54,870 nucleotides of DNA from Corallochytrium limacisporum Hawaii (lineage: Eukaryota > Protista > Pluriformea). The notes below the pieces were generated by a model. It saw nothing but the letters and a program-made list of their open reading frames with translations. It had not been told where the DNA came from and ran no database searches. Position numbers and translations under genes: made by a program. The number at the start of each line of letters is the position of its first letter. Within the stretch, counting starts at the first letter, position 1. The stretch is from contig PDIP01000262.1 of assembly GCA_002811645.1 (NCBI GenBank), forward strand, positions 1-54,870, in the 5' to 3' direction. Of this stretch, positions 1 through 11,405 are shown one piece after another.

Positions 1-533
1 AAAAAAAAAAAAAAAAAAATGCCCCCCCCCCCCCCCCCCCCCCGGGCTCCCCTTCTCCGCCGGTCGACGAAGGGGGGGGGAATGTAGTACTTGCCGCCAA
101 GGAGAAGGCAAGGAGAGGGGCTGGAGTGGCTATCCGGGAGTTGAATCCCTCCTGTTCCGGTAGTGCCACTGCGCTAGCACCCGCGCTTGTTGGAATGTCA
201 CAGAGACACAGAGAGTTGTGTGTGCGTGCGGCGCCGCAAAAATTTGGTTTTAAACGAGAAACTAAGAAAAATTGGGGAAGACTGCGTATAATTCACCGGT
301 GCCCGAGGACCTAAGTTTTGGTGCGGTTCCGCCACCTTCCTTTTCCCCCCTTTTCCCGTGTACGGCCGTGATGGCGGGTCATGGTCGGACAGACAGGGTA
401 GAGCACCACAGCTGTTCCTTGTCCGTTCCCAGAATAGATCCAGAATGGAAGGTGGTTTCATGTGGTATCCATCTTTCCAAAGAACTTCTCAGTTCCTTCA
501 CCTGGAATGACAGGAGCAGATGGATGTTCGCAT

Positions 534-543
534 GGTATTTAAG
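534..543 (+). promoter_or_regulatory. TATA-like box GGTATTTAAG upstream of the aerolysin-like gene
   Basis: Exact 10-mer about 97 bp before ATG 640. The same or a near-identical motif precedes seven other genes on their coding strands. Confidence 0.6.
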
Positions 544-639
544 TGGGGAATCGCCGATGGCGTTTTCAGTGTTCCATGCTCCTTCGATCATACATGATCA
601 AAGTGTGATCAGGAAAATACTTCACTGGTGACTACAAAT

Positions 640-1998
640 ATGAAGATTCTAATGAATTCAAACTCTGCTACCTATTGGATGCTCCTGCTGGGGACGTTCA
701 TTGCCCAGGCCATGGCAGACGTGTGCACCAGTCCGGTGTACTTTTGTGATTATGGCGTACTATATGAAGGTAGCGAGTATGCGCTATTTGATCAACTTGT
801 GACCAGCCAATGTGACATAACTAGCTTGTCTTCTTTCATTGACAGTCAAGGAGCGGACTTTGAGGAGTTTATGGGCAACAAGCTAGGAAATTTTGTCGTC
901 AATGAAAATCCCTGGGACTCCCTAGTGTCCAAAATGAATGCCGTTGCAGGTCCCATTCTGATGATTCCCTACATCGCCGAAGGCGTGTCTGCGGAAGCTC
1001 TTCAGACCTATGACACCAACGTCAACACACTGATGTTTAGAGACGTCTCCGGGTCTGTTGAGGGTTGCGAGACCGGTGGTGCTTTTCCACCCACTGTGAT
1101 TGGATTTCCCATGGCTAGTCCTTGCACGCAGATTACCACAGAAAAGTGGTACAACCAGGACAGCGAGTTCTCGGACCAACAGCCATTGGACGAGATGAGT
1201 CTGAAGTACTGGGTCCTTGATTGGCATTACGAGTACGTTGCAGCCTATTCATTTCTGGATGACAACTCTGAAACCCTGTGCAGTACTCAGGAGATTGATT
1301 ACTCCCACGCGGTTACCCAGACCGCTAGCTCCTCCGCCACTAATAAGTTCGCGTCGCAGTTTCAAGTTGGCACCCAGGCCACAGAGACCGCAAAGGTCTC
1401 GGCCAGCTTTGACGATATGGGTGCCTCCTACTCTGAAAGCGTAACCTCTGGCTTCACTCACACCGTCTCAAAATCCTACACGTCGGGTACGACCCAAACC
1501 CAAAGCACCTCCTCCACCGTGAGCACCAAAGCAAGTTTGAACGTTCCCGGAGGAGCCCTGCAAAATACTACCATGACTGTGCAACAGGTTAATGCCGATT
1601 TAGATTGGACTCAAGATTTGGAATGGCAAACTACGAAAACCGCGATCGCACCATACTGGGATCGTGGCTACGCCGATTACCTGCAGTATACAACTCTCGC
1701 AGATGTCCGTGAACTCCTCGGCCAAGTGAATACGATGATGAAATATGGTTGGTCTGATATGTTCTTGGATGCCTTGGTGACATCCTCCATTGGCGGAACT
1801 GCTAAAGCTATCCAAGGAGTGCAGCTCGTAGAGATCACTAACACCTGCAACCACACATACGTGGATGACACCTGCACTCACGCGCAGCAAGTCCAATACC
1901 CCATCCTCCAGAACGACTGCATAGACGCCCCAGAAATCCTGACCCAACCTGGCCAACTTGTGTATAAGAATGCCACCCAAGAACTCGTCAGACAATAA
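640..1998 (+). CDS. Secreted aerolysin-family (ETX/MTX2-like) beta-pore-forming protein
   Basis: The ORF track starts at GTG 628; first ATGs are 640 and 652. Signal peptide YWMLLLGTFIAQAMA-D. Core has Ser/Thr-rich strands (SHAVTQTASSSATNK; SKSYTSGTTQTQSTSSTVST) flanking an alternating amphipathic hairpin (FQVGTQATETAKVSASFDDMGASYSESVTSGF), then LNVPGG (VPP-type turn) and IGGTAKAIQGVQLVEIT. This is the ETX/MTX2 signature order. Confidence 0.75.
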   Translation: MKILMNSNSATYWMLLLGTFIAQAMADVCTSPVYFCDYGVLYEGSEYALFDQLVTSQCDITSLSSFIDSQGADFEEFMGNKLGNFVVNENPWDSLVSKMNAVAGPILMIPYIAEGVSAEALQTYDTNVNTLMFRDVSGSVEGCETGGAFPPTVIGFPMASPCTQITTEKWYNQDSEFSDQQPLDEMSLKYWVLDWHYEYVAAYSFLDDNSETLCSTQEIDYSHAVTQTASSSATNKFASQFQVGTQATETAKVSASFDDMGASYSESVTSGFTHTVSKSYTSGTTQTQSTSSTVSTKASLNVPGGALQNTTMTVQQVNADLDWTQDLEWQTTKTAIAPYWDRGYADYLQYTTLADVRELLGQVNTMMKYGWSDMFLDALVTSSIGGTAKAIQGVQLVEITNTCNHTYVDDTCTHAQQVQYPILQNDCIDAPEILTQPGQLVYKNATQELVRQ

Positions 1999-4479
1999 AC
2001 TTAACACCATCGTACTGTCCTTGAAACCCACCATCCCAAACAAATTCAACTGCCCAGCAACGGATGCACTTATAACGGGGCCAGGGGCTGCTGGTCCGCA
2101 ACCCCCGGGCAGGGGCGCCAAAACACCAACCTCGCCCCCCCTCCCCGGTTGGAAGCTCTGCTGGCTCACGGCCAGGTTCATTGACCGGGGGCCGAATTTT
2201 TGAGGCCTTTCGAACCCCCGCTGCTCCAGCGCCTTCTTTCATTGAGGGACCAGGCGTGTGAGTGAGAAAAAGAATGGGTTCATAAATTATTGATCGCTGC
2301 ACATCGCAGCAGCGGCCCAGGGGAGGGGGCCTACGCCTCTGTGTTCGGTAGCCAATGCTCAATGAAACAAACCTTCCCTTTTTTTTTTCTGGCTTTCCCC
2401 GGTCTTTGGCTCTCCCCCCTCCCTTCGTTGCTGTTTTTTTTTTTTTCCTTTGGGGTCCGTTTGTTTTCGGCCGAGGCCAATAAAATAGACTCCCTCGACC
2501 AAGGGGGCGGCCTCCATACAAAGTTTTAGGGACGCACACCGCCCCGAGCGGGGGCGGTGGGGTAGTAAGGTCACCATAAGGCCTGCGCGCTATCCTTACG
2601 GTTGGTCCCGTGTCCATAACACTCCGCCTTGGATCACCAACAAACGAGGGCCCACTACAGTAGCCAAGCACACACACTCACATACACGGACTCCCGTACG
2701 TACACTTACACGCGTGTCCGTCCCACAGCCAGGACACCATAAAAATTACCAACAACGCACACATGACACAATTGTGTCACGGGACCGTCATGCACCAAAG
2801 AGCTGTCCACCACAGAAGCCGATGCAGAGAAGGGCCCATTGCAGACACACCGCGTCCTCCAGCAAAACAAGCACACTTGCACATACGCACACGTAAGAGA
2901 AGTGCGCCCCACAACCAAGCAAGCAGACGACCTTCCGCTTTTAGTACGGCACCTTGCCCGATTGGAAGAGTTGGCCACGGGCGCGCCGGGCACAAACACG
3001 CACACCGTCGGCCCTGCCCTCCCATTTTTTTTTTAGACCCCCCTCCCCCTTATTTTTCTCTCTCTTTCTCCGATACGTACTTATCCATCAAAATCTTAAA
3101 CTGGAACTAGGGAAAAATTCCTTCGTCGCCCCTTTCTCTCTCTTTTTTTTGTTTTTTTTTTCTAAATAACTTCCTTTCCTTCTTCTTACCCCTCTACCCG
3201 AGACGTTCAAAACTCCTAACTTTCCTGCGGTAGTTCCACTTTGAGCTCAGACACCGAAACCGTCAGCACCCGACCTGAGACACCCGGGCAGAAGGGCGGT
3301 GAAATTGCTGAAACCAAAAAGAAAAAAAGAAAAAGCACGCCCTGGCCGAAGGTGGCAGAGTGGGGGAAACGCGCCCCTCTGCAGGCAGACTTGCCACACA
3401 GCGGACGAAGTGCTGCCTGGACATCATCCATCGCCCAGACGACTTCATTCTAAGTTACTCTCGATATGATTTGGGGCCGCGAAACCGATGTCCCATCTGA
3501 AAAAATCAGGAAGCATGACATCCCAACAACAGCTCACCCCCAAACAGAGGCATGTCTATTCCAAATGCATTTATACAACACGGCAGCGGCCGACAGCACA
3601 CACATGTCACAAACGCTTATACAGAGCCATCGGGGCATCCTCATTCATGGCCAAGAGGTTCACGCGGCCCTGTGGTTCATATGCTACAAGCGTTATATTG
3701 ATAATACCTCACACCGTCACCAACACCATCCGATGGTTGATATGGTTCAATTCGATTAATGCTCGGCTACCCTCGCACCAGGGCCCTTGATTCATCATAT
3801 GACTGCGGTACTTCCACTACGGAGGTCGAGGAATTTGGGGCCCGCGCGATACTTTGGAACAAGGCAAATTGGGACGAAGCCCCAATTTCTCCTTCCCCTC
3901 CCCTTCCACCACACCCCTCCGGGCCGGGGAGAGGGAAGGGGGGAATTGGAGAGAGAAGGCAAGGTACACACACACCTATCTTTCAAGGTGCAAGCCACTG
4001 GCGCCTACATTAAGCGGCCGGAGTTGTGCCCCCCCCCCCGCGGGGAGGGGAGAGGATGTCATTTGCGTTTCATCACGATGTAAGGGGCAGCAACCGCAGG
4101 GAAGCATGAATTGAGGATGCGAAATGATGTGTGGTCTCCCTTCTGCACATCGCCATTGATTCTGTTACTTTATTTCCTCAAGTTTTCTCTCTTTGTCTGT
4201 CACTCTCGCGTTTCCATCGGTGTCCGGTCGTGCGGACGAGTGAGTCGGCGCGTGGATGATATGGCTGCGCACAGGGAAGCGAGAAGCATCCCTCGGGTAC
4301 TCCCAGCTGATTTCTGGTGCTCGCCTGTGCAGACGGATGAAACAGTACACCGCGGTGGCTGAACTATATACAGGCACATGGCTCCTTGAAGAGTGTGTTA
4401 GGAGTGTTGTATTTGAAGCCGATCGTGCGGCATGGTGCCTCACGTGATCGCAGACCAGTAGCAATTATCCACCAAGATC

Positions 4480-6180
4480 ATGGGGTTTAAGGCTGATCTA
4501 CGGGAGTTGTATGCCTCCAGTGCAAACGTGTACTTGAGATGGCTGGTGGCTTTGATAATTGCACTGAGTTTCTTTCATGACTTTAAGAACTCGGAGGCGT
4601 ATATCACTCCGTACCTGAAACAAGACAAGGGATTTGACTCCAATACGATCACCAATGAGTTCTATCCGGTCTCGACGTACGGACAGCTGGTGTTTCTGCC
4701 AGTAGTTGGCGTGGCAGCTGAATTTTTCGGCTATGACGTGGTTATCTTGGTTTGCATGGGAGCGGCTCCTCTGGCAGGTCGAACGCTTTTGTTGTATGGA
4801 ACCGAGGTCATACACATGCAACTGATGCAGGCGATGGTTGCTCTTGCAAACGCAGGTGATGTTGCGCTCACTACTTTGTTGTACAGGTTCTTCCCGCACC
4901 ACGTCTTCCAGACACTAACTGGATTAGTTAGTGCCTCAGGAAACTCTAGCCATTTGTTGGGTAGCCTCCTGGGCCAACTCTTAGTCAGTGCTGCCCATGT
5001 AGATCTTGTAGTAGTAATGTATGTTTCCCTCGGCAGCATCTCTATCGCAAGTTCTATAGCGCTTACCATCTTCATCTTGATGCGTTCTACCGGAATGTAT
5101 AAGATGGTTCAGCCACCCTCTGCTGCCGCACCTGGTATCAGTTTAAGGAACAAGGATGGCAAAAAGGTTGAAGTAAATAGTAGCATTGAATCGATTGGTC
5201 TGCGGGGGACACCTCGCAGTGAATGCGACGCGGACCTTGCAAGATACGCAGACATAGAGAGCGGACGGTCAGGTAGCAAGGAACGACCTCCGGTGAAGCA
5301 TCCAGCGCGTATGAAGCAGCATGCCAGTGCATCGCAGGAGATGGAAAAGGGTCACGTGATGAACTTGTACGGGGCTGACGATGGCAAAATTACCACTGTG
5401 GCCTCCGAACACAAATCCATTAAGCAGATGCTCCGGGAGTTCTGGGTCACTCTGCGCACTTGCTACAGCAGTGTTTACAACTCCATGTGGTGTATAAACT
5501 GGAGTCTGACCTCCCTGACCTTGACGTTGGCTGAAAAATACGGGAATGTGGTTTGGAGCGACCGTGATCCTGAGTTTGAGCTGTACGGTGCAATATCCTG
5601 TGCGGCATGGGGACTCGGTGCACTTACTGGCCTACTGCCCGGTGTCTTCGGTGAGCGTCTACTGCGACCGTCTGTGACCGTTTGCATTGGGATCTTGCAG
5701 CTCGTTGCCGCGATCATGTTGTTCTTGCAGGCCTACATCCCGGTACCAGCAGTGTACTTGACCGCGTATATAGTATTTTCCGGCATCTCGTATTTCTTGC
5801 TAGCACATTTTGCCGCGGGTATCGCGATTCTAATGCAGCGCAAGGGCCTGACTGATTATGCTTGGATATTTGCGGTCAACACCTTTGTGTCAGTTGGTCT
5901 GAAAACTGTACTTGAGACCGTTGATAAAGAGAAGCACGTGAATGCATACGGTAGGTTCGTTGGCTACGGATGGATTCAGGTCGGAATTGCTGCACTAACC
6001 TTTGCATCCGCGCTTTGGGGGCGTTTGGGGCCACAGTCACAAGAACGTAAGGCTAGCTCTTCCTCGAGCCAGGCAGAAGGTGAGGTGTGCACCTCTTCAG
6101 ATCTAGGACAGAATGAGAGGCGATCCTCGTCAGACCTAGAAGAAGGTGAGCTGCGTTCCACATCCTCAACTTCTCTGTGA
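4480..6180 (+). CDS. SLC19 family (reduced folate carrier / thiamine transporter) membrane protein
   Basis: 566 aa with about 12 hydrophobic segments and a long hydrophilic central loop. The N-terminal FFHDFKNSEAYITPYL...KGF...ITNEFYPVSTY matches the SLC19 pattern (SEPFxTPYL...NEIYPVWTY). YAWIFAVNTFVS matches the C-terminal YALxFGxNTF motif. Confidence 0.85.
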   Translation: MGFKADLRELYASSANVYLRWLVALIIALSFFHDFKNSEAYITPYLKQDKGFDSNTITNEFYPVSTYGQLVFLPVVGVAAEFFGYDVVILVCMGAAPLAGRTLLLYGTEVIHMQLMQAMVALANAGDVALTTLLYRFFPHHVFQTLTGLVSASGNSSHLLGSLLGQLLVSAAHVDLVVVMYVSLGSISIASSIALTIFILMRSTGMYKMVQPPSAAAPGISLRNKDGKKVEVNSSIESIGLRGTPRSECDADLARYADIESGRSGSKERPPVKHPARMKQHASASQEMEKGHVMNLYGADDGKITTVASEHKSIKQMLREFWVTLRTCYSSVYNSMWCINWSLTSLTLTLAEKYGNVVWSDRDPEFELYGAISCAAWGLGALTGLLPGVFGERLLRPSVTVCIGILQLVAAIMLFLQAYIPVPAVYLTAYIVFSGISYFLLAHFAAGIAILMQRKGLTDYAWIFAVNTFVSVGLKTVLETVDKEKHVNAYGRFVGYGWIQVGIAALTFASALWGRLGPQSQERKASSSSSQAEGEVCTSSDLGQNERRSSSDLEEGELRSTSSTSL

Positions 6181-7143
6181 GGCTTTCGAATGCTCTCTTT
6201 GGTCACTTCCCCTGACTCAAGAAGGCAAATAGATCCTTCAGGTCGGACCATCACCAGGGACCAACACCTCGTTGATTGATGGATAGATGGTAAAGCACTA
6301 GCCATTAAGACGACTGCGGTGTTCCCAGTGAACAACAATTTAGTACTTTAGCACAAGCAGTTGCAGGACAACTCAGTGCTCTCCATTAGGCTTTGGTACA
6401 AGCAACTGCTGGATAGTTCAGTGCCATTTGATAAAGAATGACCAAATAGAACTCGACGTTCTGAGAAGCGTCAGGTAACACAACATGAAACGGCTAAGGA
6501 AAATGATCAGAGCGGAGTGTTTAGTCCGAGAGCAGTGTGTATTCACGTGGCAGGCCAGTCAAATGGCCATCTCAATATTGTGCCACAGTCAATATTGTGC
6601 CACAGTAAGGGTAAAACCCGTGCGTCGACCCAGTGCACCGATCTGTATAGAAACCTTGCGGCTGGAGTCAAAAGGACTCCCGGAGCACGCCAAGCGAGCC
6701 CTACTAAGATGTCCAGTATTGTGCCCACTGTTAATCTGTGACTATATTTACACCAGCGGAGAAAGATGGGGCCTCTTCGTGGCGCCGTCTCCCGTCTTGG
6801 CCATTTGCTTTTCGGGTCAACGTCGCTTGACGGGTCCAAGGATTTGGCCAAAGACGCCACTGACCCCCGCTCCCGCCCTTGCGCCCGCAATAAACCCCCA
6901 CACGACCCTCCCTGCTGACCGACTCTACCGTGGGCCAGTCGAAAAACTGATACCGTTCCGGGGAAGCCCAAGGGTCGGGTTTGGGCAGGGGAGCTTGGGC
7001 AGCAAAAAATTGAAAAATATGTAAAAGGGGGGGAGGGGGGGCGGGACCCGCTGGGCGGGCTATGGACGGGAGCCAAGGCCGGCTCTGGGTCTTTTCGTCC
7101 TGTTTGTTCCAAGTCGTTTTCTTAGGTTTACACATTCAGCACG

Positions 7144-7896
7144 TCACGCGCCCGGTCTTCGACAGCTGAAGACAAGACACAATTGTGCTTCCTCTACACT
7201 AGGTCCTGCGGGTGAAAGTGGCTCAGTTAAATCAACACAAAGTGAAACAGTGGGTTTATGCTGTGTGTATGGCAGCATGATAGCACTGCCCAGAGGTGGA
7301 ACCGCATACCACATGGGGCATGGAAGAAAGGGATTTCCTTTGAACAACATACCTTCCCTTAACCCCCTGCTCCGCATGGCGGCCGCAAATGCTGGACTCC
7401 TGCGAAATTGGACAGAGCTATTGACCGGAAATTTGAAACTTGATGTCCGGTTCCTATAAAAAGGATATCTCTTCTTGTCGCAGTCCATCCACTCTACGGA
7501 AACCAAGAAGACACATAAAGCAAAGGCCGCTAAGCCGAACGCCTTGCAGCACATGAAGCTCTCTCTAGGTCTGTACGCAGGGAGTACGTCCTTTGGTGGA
7601 CACGTCACATACCGCGCGTCCTCTGGTGGAAACGTCAACTCCAGCGTCCCCTGACATCCGGCGTCCTCACAAGGATAGAAAGGAAGTCATAGTTTTACCA
7701 ACTGCGCATAGATACAGATAGCACAACCTGTCATGTTCGATCCCGTCTGACCCCGTGGCACTAGAAGTGCAAGCATAAAGGGCCGCAAAACCAGACTTGG
7801 AGATGGTGAGGTTTGGTAGCGGACTTTCTCTGGGTATATACAACCTGGACGTGTGCTCTCTCCCCTATTGGAATGTTGGTGGCAGTGCGGGCTCAA
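7144..7896 (-). pseudogene. Possible decayed Cys-rich zinc-finger (RING/IBR-like) gene
   Basis: ORFs 7687..7896 and 7144..7638 share one frame, separated by a single TGA at 7687-7689: GCAICIYAQLVKL*LPFYPCEDAGCQGTL...VTCP...MCCK...FLPCPMW. Cys spacing only partly fits RING/IBR. Confidence 0.25.
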
Positions 7897-8553
7897 TCAG
7901 TCTGTTGGCTATACCCACCTCCAGCCCACCATTTCAAGGACAGCATTCCGTAGGCCCCGAGTACGGCATCTTGGCCAGGGACAAGATGAAGATTACCAAT
8001 CTTCTTTCGTTGTTGCCATGAAAAGCAAATTCCACACCACAAAGTACAAAGTTTAAAAGGGGACGAACCAAACCACTGCACAAGGGGAAAGAAAGTTGGC
8101 GCCTCCCCCTGTCTGAAGCGGGGAGGCTCGTGCCGCCGAGCACGCAAGCATACGGGGACATGGACAGGGAGCGGCTCGGGCTTTACTATGAAAGAGAGAA
8201 TTCAAAAAATATTAGTACGTCAATAAGTCCTTTGCACAGGCCCCTGATCACGAACTGCGGCCTCAAGAATACGGCATAGTGCTAGATACCTTGCGCAATT
8301 GCCTGGGCTTTTTACAGGGAGATGGGATCCCGGTTGTTTTGAGGGAGTTGGGGCAGCAGAGCGAGAGGAGGAACGGAGAGGAGGAGGGGGGGGAAGGGGT
8401 GGAGGCATTGCTCAAGAGTGTGTGGCTGTGAGGTATTTATGGGACTGATACGAAGCGAGAACAAGAGGATCTCCAAGGAAGTTTTGAATGACAATTTCGA
8501 TTGAATAGCATATAGCTAAGAGGATCTTGATACCAACTATTGGGTCTTTCATA

Positions 8554-9480
8554 ATGAGTCTGTCAAACACAACTTACTCCCTGACAATCGTCAACGGTTT
8601 AGCATCCACTTCGGTAAAGCCGATCTGGAGCACTTCGGATCTCCCCTCCCAGTTTAAACCGACAATGGATCCGACAGATGTAGTGGCGATCAATCCTGAT
8701 AATGAACAGACATATACGATGACCAGTAACCCCACCCAGTGCTACGAATGGGATCAGCTCCAACTCGAGGACGAAAACGGTGCATGGATAGGCTACTTAC
8801 AAGTGAATTTCTTCTTACTGGAGTACCAGTGCGTTGCACAAGTCCTAGGTGCAGTAAATATGTCCGAGGACACAGTCATTGTCTTTAGCTACTTAGAGAA
8901 TCCTCGAACTAATGTCGTCGAATCGGTTGGTATTTGTTCTGTTAGTGACTTTGAGAACAACGGGCGCACCTGTGGCAAGTTAACAAATGCCGCAGGTTAT
9001 GTGCTTCCCAGCAATGGGCTCCCAGCCGCTGGGGACGATCTGACCCTCGTCATAGACAACTTTCTATCCACCTCTGTTTTTGCGCAATTTTTGGGTAAGT
9101 CCGGCGCTCTGTTCAATCCCCCCTTGGGGACCCGCAGACGGCCCACCAAAATTAAAAACGCAAGTACCGAGTCTTTCCAGCTCCAAAATTCGTGCCAAAA
9201 CCAGACGGATACTCTGCTCATCGACATTGACAAGGAAACCCAGTTCCAATTTGAAGTGTCGTTCACTTCTCAAGATGGACATTGCATGCTTGAGGTGCTA
9301 GATGGTATCAACAACTTGTCTACAGAGAACGACATAGTCTGGACCGGTTGGATGTCCCCCCCAAATTCTGCTGCTAAGCTTGAGCTCGGGTTCTGTAGCT
9401 CCAAGAGTTTCAATGGTGGTTGCGGTTCCATTACCGAGGAACAGATTGTCGGTTTCACCGGTCATTATCAATTCCAGTAG
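8554..9480 (+). CDS. Hypothetical protein made of two homologous beta-rich domains, no signal peptide
   Basis: ATG 8554 has A at -3 and GGTATTTATG lies at 8432-8441. Internal duplication: SLTIVNGLASTSV / TLVIDNFLSTSV, QCVAQVLGAVN / HCMLEVLDGIN, GICS..F..CGKLT / GFCS..F..CGSIT, with four Cys conserved per domain. Confidence 0.8.
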   Translation: MSLSNTTYSLTIVNGLASTSVKPIWSTSDLPSQFKPTMDPTDVVAINPDNEQTYTMTSNPTQCYEWDQLQLEDENGAWIGYLQVNFFLLEYQCVAQVLGAVNMSEDTVIVFSYLENPRTNVVESVGICSVSDFENNGRTCGKLTNAAGYVLPSNGLPAAGDDLTLVIDNFLSTSVFAQFLGKSGALFNPPLGTRRRPTKIKNASTESFQLQNSCQNQTDTLLIDIDKETQFQFEVSFTSQDGHCMLEVLDGINNLSTENDIVWTGWMSPPNSAAKLELGFCSSKSFNGGCGSITEEQIVGFTGHYQFQ

Positions 9481-11264
9481 AGCCTGCTCACCGCACCAAG
9501 TCCTCGCAATTTCTCCTCCCAGCCCCTTTTTTCATCTGCCCTACAATACAATGATACGAAGTAGAGACGTGATCTGTGGACACCATCAGATCAACGTCGT
9601 TAAATTGTCTCTTTCGGACCCCCAATGACAGTCGAATAATAGAGAACTGGGGAGGAACCGCGGAGGGATTCCCCGGGGGGTCCCCCCTCCCGGGCGGCAC
9701 TCCACTTTGCTTCTCCTGGTAAATTAAATAACTGTTACCCTAACTACCATAATTCACATGAATTTAGAAGGAAAGCCCAAACGAACTCTAGAGGGAGAAG
9801 GGGGGGGGCTATGGGAGCCGCACACGAACGACTGCTGCTGCGCCAGCCTGAGAGTCCGACAACCTTGAGCCCGTCCTTCACTCTCGCTCTCGCTCGACCG
9901 CCGCCGCTTTGTGCGTGTGATGGGAACCCACGGGACTTTTTCTTTCCCGGTAAAAAAGAGTGGGACAAAGAGCCGCTGACTCACGGTCAAAAAAGTTCTT
10001 TGTTTCCCTAATTTCACCTTTTTGTGAAGATCAGAAGAGAGGGGGGGCCGGTTTGTCTTCGTGCCATAGCGAATGAACTAAATGTCCTGGGTCCCAGTAC
10101 TCCACAAAAAGGGGAAAAAATGGGTACTAAAAATTCTGGTCGTTCGAATCGCTGTTGTAGTGTCCCTATACTTTTACTACGGGAGTCTCATGTGCCTTGG
10201 GCCCAGGAGCTTCTAAAGAACCAGCGAGAGGCCGTTCAGCACGCCCAGTGCCGTGTCATTCATTATCTTTGCAGAGCACAGGGCACTTCGTTTCTGACCA
10301 AATGCACGGTAGCTATTGCCTGTAAAGTTTGTCTCTTAGCCGGCGCAGCACAGGGCGTGGGGGCAGTAGTGGCCTTTGTCTGGAAGTATTGTGATCCTGG
10401 TCATGCTCGGGTCCCGCGTATTGCCCACCTCGATAGCATGTGTATACCTCGTTTCGGCATATACCCTGGGCAACCCTCCCTCCCTTCCCCTTGTCACTGC
10501 GGCACAGGCGGGCACAACCAGACCGGCTTTTTTCTTTTGCTACACGCACTTTTTACTAGTACTTCGCAAGTGGGTTTCCTGCGCATTGGTGCCCCCGGGG
10601 CGCGATGCCGCATCCCCCGATGGATTTTTCGAATGTTTGTATCATGCGATGATACCATTTGGCTACGTTTTTAAAATGTTGCTTCTGGTAGTGTGTGAGC
10701 ACGCTTGCCATCTAGTCAATTTCTCTTTGCTCAGGCCGTACCCCCACGCCCGCCTTACCTCCTTTTTCCAAACCCTTCGCAATTCGTTGACCACTGCAGA
10801 CTTTTTTCCTCTTTTTGCCCAGGCATTCGAAACCCCGATTTAATCGCGCTATCGATACCCTTGCGCACACACTGGGAAACACTTGAACTCTCCACCCCCC
10901 CCCACCTTCACCTACCTCTCTGTTGCTCTGGCGCGCACGGGGGTTGTGTGCCGGGGCCTGACGGGGGTTCCCGTCTTTCTTTCCCTAATTTTCTTCGGTT
11001 ATTGAGTATTGAGAACACGGACAGCCTTCACCCCAACCCCGCAACACAGGAGGGAGTGCCGAGACCAGGGGTCTGAACGCAATTTGTATTACAGGGGGCT
11101 AGAGTCCGACTAAAGGTTTTAGGGTCCATCTCTTGCTCGCCCACGTAAATGACCTTTAACATGGAAGCTCAGTGATCTCACTGCCATATCATGAGAATGA
11201 TGACGACTACTATAAACCGAAACTTATTCAGAAGAAGTAGCATTTTCGGTGGTCGAAGATCAGA

Positions 11265-11274
11265 GGTATTTAAG
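11265..11274 (+). promoter_or_regulatory. TATA-like box GGTATTTAAG
   Basis: Exact motif about 130 bp upstream of ATG 11406. Confidence 0.6.
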
Positions 11275-11405
11275 TACCTGTTGGGTGCGACATCACGGTC
11301 CAGTGGACAAGTACCCATATTCAACACTCGATATAGAACACAAACAGTCAAAAGCAGCTTTCTTGTAAGACTATTCTCTTTATCACTAAACTAAACTAAA
11401 AAATC

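Noticed and set aside
1988-3450. Several 60-230 aa ORFs on both strands
   Set aside because: They derive from low-complexity G/C/A/T runs and CA-rich sequence, with no motifs or start context.
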